Origin: Escherichia phage EcS1
Sequence record: NC_055721.1
Length of the DNA: 64,000 nucleotides
Strand: one strand, 5' to 3'
Shown here: positions 20,385-28,662 of the stretch, piece by piece
Numbering within the stretch: the stretch's first letter is position 1
Layout of the letters: each line of letters opens with the position of its first letter
Notes under the pieces: generated by a model
Database searches by the model: none
What the model was told of the DNA's origin: nothing
The model's input: the letters and a program-made list of their open reading frames with translations, nothing else
Position numbers and translations under genes: made by a program

Positions 20385-20585
20385 TTAGGCATCATATTGC
20401 ACCTCAAATACACCATAATTTGAAATGGCAACATTGACATGACAATACTCACCTTCATCAGTAAGAACTAAAGCCATAGCACCATTCGGTGAAACCTTCT
20501 CAATTTGATAAAGCTTCCCTTCAGTGAAAAGTTCATCATATGGAGGGAACACACGTTTAGCAAGCAGGTTCGTAGCAATCATCAT
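20385..20585 (-). CDS. Hypothetical small protein (30.3-like region)
   Basis: ORF only; overlapping alternative ORFs make gene structure uncertain. Confidence 0.3.
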   Translation of the reverse strand: MMIATNLLAKRVFPPYDELFTEGKLYQIEKVSPNGAMALVLTDEGEYCHVNVAISNYGVFEVQYDA

Positions 20586-20781
20586 TTGCAGCCTTTAAAA
20601 GGGTTAATTCTGATTCCATGTGAACAGATTCAGTACCATCTGACCATGAAACTTCATATGCTGGTTCAACCTTGTATTTCAGGATTCCAGGTGTATACAT
20701 TATAACCACACCCGGGATAAATCCTGAAATATGCTGAACTGGGGTTCCTAGTTCAAATTTCACTTTATAACCTTGACCCAT
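20557..20781 (-). CDS. Hypothetical small protein
   Basis: ORF only. Confidence 0.3.
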   Translation of the reverse strand: MGQGYKVKFELGTPVQHISGFIPGVVIMYTPGILKYKVEPAYEVSWSDGTESVHMESELTLLKAANDDCYEPAC

Positions 20782-20926
20782 TCTGGGAATTCGATGAAAT
20801 CAGGAGCGTCAATTTCACAAATCATCATACCTGCATTCACAGTAATATTACCTACTTCAATCATAGGATTTGATTGAAGGCTTTGTGATAAGCGTTTTGC
20901 ATCAGAAACTTGCACGAAAAGAATCA

Positions 20927-21376
20927 TTATTTCACCCCATAAGAAACGAAAGCTTCGCCAGTCTTTTTGACCACAATAACTCGTACACCATCAGAAGCAT
21001 TTCTGAGTTGACTTACCGCAAAGTCTTTAGCTTCTTGTTCAGTAAAAGGACCATTTGGTAGAGGCAGATTGCTTTTGCTTGTAGGAATAGTGATAGTCCA
21101 GAAATCTTGTTCAGTATCAACACGAATAAACTTCTTAGATATTTCATTCTGTAAGAACATACACCAAACGTTGTCGAACTCGCCTTCATTTGCTTTGAAG
21201 GTGCCTTTATCAGTACGAACTGCAATGATGTTTCCATCCTTATCTAGTTCAGCAACTTCAAACTCACCGAAACCTATTAAACGTTTCCATGCAGAAGCAA
21301 AGCCTGCACTACGGTCTTCCATGAATTGTTTACCAGCTTCAGTCCATTTGTAAACGATTTTTTCAGACGTCAACAT
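20927..21376 (-). CDS. Hypothetical protein
   Basis: Start at internal ATG (MLTSEK) preceded by GAGGAAATTG RBS and a UUCG hairpin. Confidence 0.45.
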   Translation of the reverse strand: MLTSEKIVYKWTEAGKQFMEDRSAGFASAWKRLIGFGEFEVAELDKDGNIIAVRTDKGTFKANEGEFDNVWCMFLQNEISKKFIRVDTEQDFWTITIPTSKSNLPLPNGPFTEQEAKDFAVSQLRNASDGVRVIVVKKTGEAFVSYGVK

Positions 21377-21394
21377 AACAATTTCCTCAGAGTA

Positions 21395-21408
21395 GGGCCC
21401 GAAGGCCC
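21395..21408 (-). promoter_or_regulatory. Intercistronic UUCG-tetraloop hairpin (GGGCC-UUCG-GGCCC)
   Basis: Plus strand GGGCCCGAAGGCCC between stop at 21417 and start at 21376. Confidence 0.6.
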
Positions 21409-21416
21409 ATTTTAGA

Positions 21417-21779
21417 TTAGATAGTGAATTCAGATGAAACGATATCCCATAATGCTTCACGCTGCTCATCAGTAGTTTTCATACTTAACACATGACGCAA
21501 CCATAACTTAACTAACATTTTGCGATTAGAACCGTTCCAAGATGGATGAGTACCTAAATCTCGAGTACGAACATCATCATGAAAACCAACTTTAATTACT
21601 GAACCTTTCAAAGAAACATCCAGCGTAATCCCGTTTTCGAAAGCAACATGAACATAGTTATCTTCCCAATACATGTTGATATCACACACTGTACCGTTTT
21701 CATGTTTCCATAAACATACAGTAGAAACATCCCATGCATTAGCTTTAACATATTTACGTTCGAAGTTTAAGTAGTTCAT
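21417..21779 (-). CDS. Hypothetical protein
   Basis: ORF; start placed at Met downstream of the promoter at 21811-21839. Confidence 0.4.
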   Translation of the reverse strand: MNYLNFERKYVKANAWDVSTVCLWKHENGTVCDINMYWEDNYVHVAFENGITLDVSLKGSVIKVGFHDDVRTRDLGTHPSWNGSNRKMLVKLWLRHVLSMKTTDEQREALWDIVSSEFTI

Positions 21780-21810
21780 TTTGTTATCCAAGTTTGCTGA
21801 TTGAGTGTAC

Positions 21811-21839
21811 ATAATACCACACTCAATCAGCGTTGTAAA
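21811..21839 (-). promoter_or_regulatory. Early promoter (-35 TTTACA, 17 bp, -10 TATTAT) embedded in 13-bp inverted repeat
   Basis: Arms GCTGATTGAGTGT (21796-21808) and ACACTCAATCAGC (21819-21831) flank the -10. Confidence 0.5.
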
Positions 21840-21842
21840 CAC

Positions 21843-22346
21843 TTAGAACGAACTTTTTACTACTTGTGGTTCTTTAACGAGTTTGAAACGAGAAATGCCT
21901 TTAAAAACAATAACTTCATCATAAGTATTTTCATGAAGCCATGCTGCAGCCCACTCTTCTGCTTGTTTTTCGCTCAAGTTTTTCGCACGAATCAAGAAAT
22001 CGGTATCTTCTTCTCTAGCAACAAGACAACCATAGTCTAAATCTTCTAGAACTGGTTCAACTTCTTTTTCTGGCTCGTAGTCTTTAACTTCTGTGAAGTA
22101 CTGGTATTCGTTTCCATAAATCCAGCAATCACCATACCCTTGTCTTGAGAACTGTCCAAGTTCATCTAAACGATAAAGCTCTTTCTTACCATCAAAGCTG
22201 ATTTTTAGAACATCAGTGTTATTAACTAGTTCAGTAATCATAAACGGTTTATTGCTGAGATAGTTTGCAACTGCAGTATTGATAGTAGGCGCTTCTTCAA
22301 CAAATTCAGCCGCGTCAGCTAGTTTGTACCAGTGGTTTAATTCCAT
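21843..22346 (-). CDS. Hypothetical protein
   Basis: 167-aa ORF preceded by UUCG hairpin and GAGGAAATT RBS. Confidence 0.45.
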   Translation of the reverse strand: MELNHWYKLADAAEFVEEAPTINTAVANYLSNKPFMITELVNNTDVLKISFDGKKELYRLDELGQFSRQGYGDCWIYGNEYQYFTEVKDYEPEKEVEPVLEDLDYGCLVAREEDTDFLIRAKNLSEKQAEEWAAAWLHENTYDEVIVFKGISRFKLVKEPQVVKSSF

Positions 22347-22361
22347 AATTTCCTCAAAGTA

Positions 22362-22375
22362 GGGCCCGAAGGCCT
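22362..22375 (-). promoter_or_regulatory. Intercistronic UUCG-tetraloop hairpin
   Basis: Plus strand GGGCCCGAAGGCC between adjacent minus-strand genes. Confidence 0.55.
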
Positions 22376-22380
22376 AGTTA

Positions 22381-22746
22381 TTAAGCGATTGTGGTCCAGT
22401 TATCTAAATTGATAACACCTTTATCTTTCATTTGTTGAATCAATGCTTCAGCACGAGTACGACCATTTTCATACCATGTGCAATCTTCATCATCATAAGT
22501 CTCAGAACGAATGCGACCTAAGATGACAGTTTTCAGAACATATTCTTCACCAGTAAACCAGTTAGTCAAACGAATTTTCCAAGAGAAATCATCTGACTGA
22601 CCATCAGGAGTCATGCAATAAACCAGTTCAAATTGCTCCATAGATAATCCCCACTGAAGTTCTTTAACTGATTGAGCTTTGTAGCCATCATGATCTTTGC
22701 ATTTGATGAAAGCGTTCAGATTAATAGTTTTCATTTTATTCTCCAT
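22381..22746 (-). CDS. Hypothetical protein
   Basis: ORF; start at ATG 22746 or 22734 (GGAG RBS); promoter upstream. Confidence 0.4.
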   Translation of the reverse strand: MENKMKTINLNAFIKCKDHDGYKAQSVKELQWGLSMEQFELVYCMTPDGQSDDFSWKIRLTNWFTGEEYVLKTVILGRIRSETYDDEDCTWYENGRTRAEALIQQMKDKGVINLDNWTTIA

Positions 22747-22763
22747 TTGTTGATTGAGTGTAC

Positions 22764-22791
22764 ATCTTAACACAATCCTAGGAGAAGTAAA
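22764..22791 (-). promoter_or_regulatory. Early promoter (-35 TTTACT, 16 bp, -10 TAAGAT)
   Basis: Minus-strand reading; initial transcribed sequence shares TGATTGAGTGTACA with promoter at 21811. Confidence 0.45.
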
Positions 22792-22795
22792 CACC

Positions 22796-22990
22796 TTATT
22801 TTACATGACTGAATTCTACATCAGACCAGATGCCGAAAGGCGGAAGATTAGGTTCTTCTTTAAAGGCTAACTTTTTGACATCAGTCCAAGGCCAACAGCA
22901 AACTTCGTGCTCGTATAACCAGCATGTTCCTTGCAAAGGACTCTCAGGATGCATTTCTATAATTTTATAAACCAAAGTTTTCTTGAACAT
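22796..22990 (-). CDS. Hypothetical small protein
   Basis: Start moved to internal ATG with GAGGTG RBS; the track start lies inside the terminator hairpin. Confidence 0.35.
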   Translation of the reverse strand: MFKKTLVYKIIEMHPESPLQGTCWLYEHEVCCWPWTDVKKLAFKEEPNLPPFGIWSDVEFSHVK

Positions 22991-23015
22991 ATTCACCTCA
23001 TACAGATACAAAAAT

Positions 23016-23033
23016 GGGAGACCGAAGTCTCCC
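23016..23033 (-). terminator. UUCG-tetraloop terminator (GGGAGAC-UUCG-GUCUCCC then AUUUUUGU)
   Basis: Plus GGGAGACCGAAGTCTCCC; member of a dispersed repeat family. Confidence 0.7.
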
Positions 23034-23038
23034 ATAAC

Positions 23039-23218
23039 TTATGCTACAGCTCGCGGCTTTCCAAAACGAGAAGCATCGTCGCGTAACACGGCTCGTGCAC
23101 GACGCATAATCTTCTCAACTGTCTGATTAATACGCTTGTTCGACCCACGCTTATATTTCGCGCGTTTAGAGGTACCAACTACTTCTTTAACTGCTTGTTT
23201 CTTAGCTTGCTTAGCCAT
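23039..23218 (-). CDS. Small highly basic protein (59 aa; MAKQAKKQAVKEVVGTSKRAKYKRGSNKR...), not in ORF track
   Basis: ATG to TAA ORF verified by manual translation; Lys/Arg-rich; followed by terminator. Confidence 0.4.
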   Translation of the reverse strand: MAKQAKKQAVKEVVGTSKRAKYKRGSNKRINQTVEKIMRRARAVLRDDASRFGKPRAVA

Positions 23219-23539
23219 TTTATTCTTCCAATCTTGGAGTAAAGTTAGCTCTATGACTTACGGTTTCCCTGCATAGAGCCGTTTTCTGTTTGGTCATTTC
23301 ATGGCAGACCTACCAGAAGGTTTCGTTTATTTTACGTCTAGATAACCTACAACTACGACATCATACTACTTCTATCTGTTGCACACCGTTAGCTGGCCAT
23401 AGGCTGGGTCCGGGTCAGATTTCTCTGGGATAGAATATACATCAATGACTGTATAGGCCATGAGGTCACTCGGATTGTGAATCATTGTCCATCCGGTAAC
23501 ATGCCCTTGCCGTAATATGAACAAGTCCTCAAGGGGTAC

Positions 23540-23788
23540 TTATTTCAAAGTCACGATGAAGTGACGGACTGCTTTACGAGCTGCAGAACACAATGGCTTA
23601 GCATATTTCAGTTCATCTTGAATAGCCAGTTCAGTAGCCAAAGCTTTCTGAGAAGGATTCAGATGTTTGAAATATTCCAGGATGTCGAGAGCTTCAGCTT
23701 TAACATCAATGGAAGCACCATAGTTATCATGGCCTGCATTCCAGGATTTACGTTGGATGTCGAGAATAGATTTGATTAGTTCTTGCAT
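23540..23788 (-). CDS. Hypothetical 82-aa protein, possibly RIII (lysis inhibition accessory) by size and position next to gene 31
   Basis: 82 aa as T4 RIII; adjacent to 31; sequence identity not verified. Confidence 0.4.
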   Translation of the reverse strand: MQELIKSILDIQRKSWNAGHDNYGASIDVKAEALDILEYFKHLNPSQKALATELAIQDELKYAKPLCSAARKAVRHFIVTLK

Positions 23789-23901
23789 TATAGAGCCTCA
23801 ATATGAGGTAAAAATTAGGAGACAATCATCGGTTAACTAAGGTCCGACTGCCATTATCTCCACATAGAAGTGATCCTGTTAATGGTCACCACTTCATAAA
23901 T

Positions 23902-24255
23902 TTATTTATACACTACGCCTAACGACTTATAATGCGCAGCTACAAATTTTTGTTTTACTTCTTTAGGTTGTTTAATACCTAAAGCAACAAGTGGATGAAT
24001 CACGTTTTTAAACGTTGGGTTACTTGCAAGATAAGGAACCAAATCACCTACTTCAATGAAACCAGTTGGAACTTCATCGCCAATGGAATGAACTTCCATT
24101 ACTTCTGGTAATTGACCTTGTGTTTCTTTGCCTAAAAAGATTCCAGATTCAGATGTTTTATCATCACCTGCTTGGGACGGTTCAGAGACAAAAATAATGT
24201 GCTCACCTAGAGCTTTAATTGGGAGTTCCATTTTATTACCTGTTTGGTAGACCAT
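23902..24255 (-). CDS. 31: Co-chaperonin gp31 (GroES-like, capsid folding)
   Basis: Matches T4 gp31 as recalled (LPIKALGE, VSEPSQAGD, HPLVALGIKQPKEVKQKFV, HYK). Confidence 0.85.
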   Translation of the reverse strand: MVYQTGNKMELPIKALGEHIIFVSEPSQAGDDKTSESGIFLGKETQGQLPEVMEVHSIGDEVPTGFIEVGDLVPYLASNPTFKNVIHPLVALGIKQPKEVKQKFVAAHYKSLGVVYK

Positions 24256-24287
24256 GAGTAAATAATATCACTCATGGTCTAAAGCAT

Positions 24288-24611
24288 TTAACCAACAAAC
24301 TTAACCAGATGTTCCATCTTCATTCCATTAAAGGAAACCAGTTTGTCGATGCTAAAGCCACGCCATTGTTTGATTTCAGTATCAAATGCTGGAACCATAT
24401 CTACAGCTTCTTTACGAGGCTTACTAGGATTCACATAGCTTTCATAGATTGCAGGGTCAACCAGTTTACCAATTACATCTTTATCACGAGAAGCTTTCAT
24501 TACACGCATGGTGCCATCAGCTTTTTCAAAGACTACTTCAGAAGTACCCATTGCCAGTTTAGTTTTCAAGACTTCACGCAGAGCTACTTTTTGATCTTCA
24601 GTTAATTTCAT
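24288..24611 (-). CDS. Hypothetical protein (31.1-like)
   Basis: 107-aa ORF between cd and 31. Confidence 0.4.
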   Translation of the reverse strand: MKLTEDQKVALREVLKTKLAMGTSEVVFEKADGTMRVMKASRDKDVIGKLVDPAIYESYVNPSKPRKEAVDMVPAFDTEIKQWRGFSIDKLVSFNGMKMEHLVKFVG

Positions 24612-25163
24612 TTATTCGATTCCACAAAAGTTTTCAATTCGATTCCAGTCAAGAGACTTCAAATTAGTACGAGAATATTCGATGACTTCAAGACCTGAAT
24701 CACGTAAGATGTCATCCCAATTATCAGGAGAACGATCATATTTTTCAGCATAAACAACTTTCTTAATACCTGACTGAGCAATAGCTTTAGAACAATCAGG
24801 ACAAGGAGAAGCTGTTACGTACATCGTGGCGCCATCAATAGACGAGCCATTACGAGCAGCAAACAAAATAGCATTCAATTCAGCATGGATTTCATTACGA
24901 GCAGACCAAGAACTATGGGCTACTCGATGTTCTGCTTTAAGACCTACTCGATGATGGCGTTCACCTGGAATAAGTTTACCTTTACCTAACCAACCTTGTT
25001 CTGCAGCATGGTCACAACAGTTTACACCACCAGATGGAGTGCCATTATAGCCAGTAGAAATGATGCGACCATTCTTTTCAATGACCGCACCTACCTTCCA
25101 AGAACAACATTTAGATTCTTGAGAAATCAGATATGCAATCTGAAGATAAGTGCTAGATTTCAT
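24612..25163 (-). CDS. cd: dCMP deaminase
   Basis: Zinc-binding cytidine/dCMP deaminase motifs HAE (VHAELNAI) and PCPDC. Confidence 0.85.
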   Translation of the reverse strand: MKSSTYLQIAYLISQESKCCSWKVGAVIEKNGRIISTGYNGTPSGGVNCCDHAAEQGWLGKGKLIPGERHHRVGLKAEHRVAHSSWSARNEIHAELNAILFAARNGSSIDGATMYVTASPCPDCSKAIAQSGIKKVVYAEKYDRSPDNWDDILRDSGLEVIEYSRTNLKSLDWNRIENFCGIE

Positions 25164-25507
25164 TAAATCACCAAGTAAGTTGAGCGTTTAGTAGAAACCA
25201 ATTTTAGTCCTTCAATTGGTTCGACAATATTCTTTACAGTACCAATTGTGATGAATTCTGCATCTTTAAAACGATTCTTTTTATCGTTAAAGACTGTACC
25301 CATGTATTGGTAACCTAATTCTACGCCATGATTGTTTACAGCAATCAATACTGCATCATATTCTTCATCAGGGACCATTGAGACTGCGTGGTCCATACGC
25401 AGTTCGGTTAACACTTCATCGATGCCTTTTTGAGATACTTCACCACGTATACCAATCAAGTTCGCACGAAGAATTTTATCAATCTTTTCTTTTAGCATAT
25501 TGATCAA
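25163..25507 (-). CDS. Hypothetical protein downstream of and overlapping DAHP synthase gene
   Basis: 114-aa ORF overlapping the DAHPS 3' end by 29 nt; no confident motif. Confidence 0.4.
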   Translation of the reverse strand: MINMLKEKIDKILRANLIGIRGEVSQKGIDEVLTELRMDHAVSMVPDEEYDAVLIAVNNHGVELGYQYMGTVFNDKKNRFKDAEFITIGTVKNIVEPIEGLKLVSTKRSTYLVI

Positions 25508-26489
25508 TCTCTGTTAGAGTTTTAACTGTTTGTTCCCAGCCGATGCAAGCATCAGTCACTGAAACACCATACTTCATGTCACGAGAAATTTTCTGAGAAC
25601 CTTCGTTCAGATGAGATTCTATCATAAAACCTTTAACTAATTGGAAACCTGCTTTCAATACTTCTTTAGCTACGCCTGGTTGACGCGTGAAGTCTTTTTC
25701 ACTGTTCGAGTGTGAGCAGTCAACCATAACTGATTGGTTCACACCTGCGTGATACAGGTCGTCTAAGACATCAACAATATCGTCTTCATGATAGTTAGGA
25801 CCCTTATCACCGCCACGTAGAACGATGTGAGTGTTCTTATTGCCTACGGCATGAACGATACCTACGTTTCCGTTGTTATCCATACCTAAGTAACGGTGTG
25901 GGAACGCAGCAGATTTCATAGCATCAATAGCTACTTGAGCAGAACCATTTGTTCCATTCTTGAAGCCAACACACATAGGCAGACCTGAAGCGATTTCACG
26001 GTGTGTCTGTGATTCAGTCGTACGAGCGCCGATAGCAACCCATGAGAAAATACCACTAAGATACTTAATCGTGAATGGGTCAAGCACTTCAGTCGCTAAT
26101 GGAAGGCCAATATCTAAAAGGTCTAAACATAAACGACGAGCACAATGAAGACCATAGTTCAAGTCAAATGTGTCGTTCAAATGTGGGTCATTTACATAAC
26201 CTTTCCAACCTACAGTCGTACGAGGCTTTTCAAAATAAACACGCATAACTAACAATACGTCAGGCAATTGTTTTTGCAATTCAGCCAGACGTTGGCCATA
26301 TTCTAAAGCAGCTTTAGGGTCATGAATAGAACATGGACCCACTACAACAAGCTTACGATGGTTTTCGCCACACATAATGCGATTAACTTCTTCGCGATGT
26401 TTTTCTACTTGTTCTTTATGTCCTGCATGAAATGGAAGTTCACGAGCAAGTTCATTAGGCGAATACAACTGTTCTACAACCAAATTCAT
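25479..26489 (-). CDS. 3-deoxy-D-arabino-heptulosonate-7-phosphate (DAHP) synthase, class I (AroG/AroF/AroH-like)
   Basis: Colinear with E. coli AroG as recalled: GPCSIHD, MRVYFEKPRTTVGWKG, GARTTESQTHRE, GFKNGT, ILRGG, ESHLNEG, TDACIGWE. Confidence 0.9.
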   Translation of the reverse strand: MNLVVEQLYSPNELARELPFHAGHKEQVEKHREEVNRIMCGENHRKLVVVGPCSIHDPKAALEYGQRLAELQKQLPDVLLVMRVYFEKPRTTVGWKGYVNDPHLNDTFDLNYGLHCARRLCLDLLDIGLPLATEVLDPFTIKYLSGIFSWVAIGARTTESQTHREIASGLPMCVGFKNGTNGSAQVAIDAMKSAAFPHRYLGMDNNGNVGIVHAVGNKNTHIVLRGGDKGPNYHEDDIVDVLDDLYHAGVNQSVMVDCSHSNSEKDFTRQPGVAKEVLKAGFQLVKGFMIESHLNEGSQKISRDMKYGVSVTDACIGWEQTVKTLTEIDQYAKRKD

Positions 26490-26719
26490 TAAATTTCCCC
26501 AAAGATATTATGCATTTCTACAAGCCCGTCACGAGCATGTAATAATTGTGTGTGTTTAGACTTATGACCTTGCTGAACAGAAATAATTACAGCACTAGGC
26601 ACTAATGGGTCCTGGCGAAGAACTACTTCTGCACCAGGGATACGATTCGCAATTTCTTGAGCAAAGTTCTGAACTTTAGTCATGAACTCTTCACGAGTAA
26701 TAGGAGTATCTGAAATCAT
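26489..26719 (-). CDS. Hypothetical small protein
   Basis: ORF, start adjusted to internal Met. Confidence 0.35.
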   Translation of the reverse strand: MISDTPITREEFMTKVQNFAQEIANRIPGAEVVLRQDPLVPSAVIISVQQGHKSKHTQLLHARDGLVEMHNIFGEI

Positions 26720-26720
26720 T

Positions 26721-27182
26721 TTAACCCCAGTAGAACGAATAGCGTACAAAGAGCTTTTCACTTAAATCAAGTTCAAGATCAAAGTCTACTTTAAAGGAGG
26801 AATAAGTAACATCTAATTTAAAGTTAGTATCTTTAAGCAGAATATTCAGTACACCTGCAACTTCACCATGAATTTGTGCCTGAGTTCCAGGCTCATTAAT
26901 GTTTTCATAGAGATGATTAGAAATAACCTGTTTAACAACCAGTTCTAAGACTTCAGTGTAACGTGGGAACTGAGAAGACTTATCTTCATCCATAAAGCTA
27001 TTAATGAATTCCAGAGCTTGGTTTAAATTCACATGACCTGAATAAAAGCGTTCACGTGTTGTACGGTTAATAGCTACAATATAAGCTTTATCAACTGATG
27101 CTGTTTCATCAATATTAAAAGCAAATTTATTTTGCTTTTCTACAAGTGATTTAGCACCATATAAGGTTTCAAAGGTAATCAT
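26721..27182 (-). CDS. Hypothetical protein
   Basis: 153-aa ORF in the cd.x-like variable region. Confidence 0.4.
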   Translation of the reverse strand: MITFETLYGAKSLVEKQNKFAFNIDETASVDKAYIVAINRTTRERFYSGHVNLNQALEFINSFMDEDKSSQFPRYTEVLELVVKQVISNHLYENINEPGTQAQIHGEVAGVLNILLKDTNFKLDVTYSSFKVDFDLELDLSEKLFVRYSFYWG

Positions 27183-27382
27183 AGGTAATTTTCCTCTACG
27201 TATTTGAATACGCTTTTGTGTGTAAAGTGTCCACCATCAACAGTCTCTTCAGTATCGTAATCACGAATATCTAAAGCAACACCGTCTTCATTATGATGGA
27301 CAACAAAGATGAAACATTTACGTTCTTCGATTTCTTCAATCAAATCGTAGAGCTCACTAATATCTTCTAAATAGTCACACAT
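27179..27382 (-). CDS. Hypothetical acidic small protein
   Basis: 67-aa ORF overlapping pseT stop. Confidence 0.35.
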   Translation of the reverse strand: MCDYLEDISELYDLIEEIEERKCFIFVVHHNEDGVALDIRDYDTEETVDGGHFTHKSVFKYVEENYL

Positions 27383-28281
27383 TAAAAGTCACCATGAGCC
27401 ACTTGCCAACATTCAACACCGATACGACGCCACATTTCTACTACCTGTGCACGGTCATCGACAGCCAGAACTACATCATAATCTTGGACAATATCGTTCC
27501 AGAAGATTTCTTCTTTCACAACGTCATCTTTACGTGGGTCGCCTTGCTTGCGCTGGAAATGCTTTTCAGTCTGAATCATGTTTTCGTTTAGCCAATTGAT
27601 AGTAGCCACACGATGTTTCAGAGGCTCATCTTTGTTACCTGATTCACGTCCAGAGACGGTAAGGATTTTAAACCCTTGTTGTTGCAGCAATTTAAGAAGC
27701 AGTACAACCATCTCACGAGGAGTATCGTCACAGAGCTTATCAAGGTCGTAAGGAGAGCGGTGTTCGTTATCGGCTAATGTTCCATCAAGGTCAAAGATAA
27801 CCGCTTGAGGGCGCCCTTCAGGATAATCAGCGGATACATATTTCATTGGAACAGACATCTTAGCGTACATAGAACGTAAGACATCAATTGGAACAGCCTT
27901 TTCACCACGATACTGGTTACGTTTCAGAAGCTCGGTCCATGGAATATCAAAACGTTCGATTTCAAGCTTAGTTTCATGTTTAACAGAGAATTCTTGCCAC
28001 ACTTTCAGAGTAGTAGGGTTCAAGTTCGTATCGGCAATGATTACGCCTTTACATCCATCAAGAGCTAACAATGTTTGAGCTGAAGAGAATTGTACTTTAG
28101 AGACAGCTTTCTCTTTTTGCTTTGTATATTTGTATTGGTTACGATATTCGAGCCCAAACAACTTTTCACGGAAGTCATCACGTGACAGGATATAGAAGCC
28201 AGGGTTCTTAGCAACATATTCATTAGCCCAAGTAGTTTTACCTGAACCTGGAGCACCTTGAGTCAAAATAATCTTTTTCAT
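27382..28281 (-). CDS. pseT: Polynucleotide kinase / 3'-phosphatase
   Basis: Near-colinear with T4 Pnk as recalled: P-loop GAPGSGKTT, phosphatase DLDGTLA, C-terminal VVEMWRRIGVECWQVA. Confidence 0.9.
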   Translation of the reverse strand: MKKIILTQGAPGSGKTTWANEYVAKNPGFYILSRDDFREKLFGLEYRNQYKYTKQKEKAVSKVQFSSAQTLLALDGCKGVIIADTNLNPTTLKVWQEFSVKHETKLEIERFDIPWTELLKRNQYRGEKAVPIDVLRSMYAKMSVPMKYVSADYPEGRPQAVIFDLDGTLADNEHRSPYDLDKLCDDTPREMVVLLLKLLQQQGFKILTVSGRESGNKDEPLKHRVATINWLNENMIQTEKHFQRKQGDPRKDDVVKEEIFWNDIVQDYDVVLAVDDRAQVVEMWRRIGVECWQVAHGDF

Positions 28282-28490
28282 TCTTTCACCAATGATTTAA
28301 TAAAGTCTTGGAGTTCTTTAGAAGCACGACCCCAGTTTTCATGATATCTTAAAGTATGCGCTTCTAAAATAGAAGCCATTTTATGAGAATCACATGATTG
28401 CTGTCGTTCTAGGTGCCGGCCATAAATTGTTGCTCTGACTTCTGATTCATAAATCAGCCCACGAAGTTGCTCTAGATGTTCAAGAGTCAT
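28278..28490 (-). CDS. Small protein, member of a tandem paralogous family (P3)
   Basis: Shares MTLE.., GL(F/I).(A/E), G.H.., MAS with 28480-28662 ORF. Confidence 0.4.
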   Translation of the reverse strand: MTLEHLEQLRGLIYESEVRATIYGRHLERQQSCDSHKMASILEAHTLRYHENWGRASKELQDFIKSLVKE

Positions 28491-28662
28491 TAGTCACCTG
28501 TAGCTCTACAAAAGTCATTAAGGCGGTTCTAGCCGAGCTTGCCATGCCGTATAGCTCTTGAACACGTGAGCTACGCATATGCAAACCTAAATTCAAAGCG
28601 CGTTGTGCCTGTTCATAAGCTTCAAACAGCCCTTTCCATACGTTATATTGTTCAAGAGTCAT
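28480..28662 (-). CDS. Small protein, tandem paralog (P2)
   Basis: See P3; overlapping start/stop arrangement. Confidence 0.4.
   Translation of the reverse strand: MTLEQYNVWKGLFEAYEQAQRALNLGLHMRSSRVQELYGMASSARTALMTFVELQVTNDS

Noticed and set aside
20216-20458. 80-aa ORF overlapping 20385-20585 and the 30.2-like gene start
   Set aside because: Overlaps two other ORFs in different frames; only a shorter internal-start version (~20243-20395) would be compatible, and support is weak
23380-23520. Possible tRNA or tmRNA-like gene in the ORF-free region
   Set aside because: No T-loop-like GTTCRANYC motif or cloverleaf arms on either strand; kept only as an unexplained structured region
25163-25507. 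114-aa ORF next to DAHP synthase considered as an AroH-type chorismate mutase (contains IGIRGE, reminiscent of the RGIRGA N-terminus of B. subtilis AroH)
   Set aside because: The motif is not at the N-terminus and the remainder does not align with AroH as recalled; left as hypothetical
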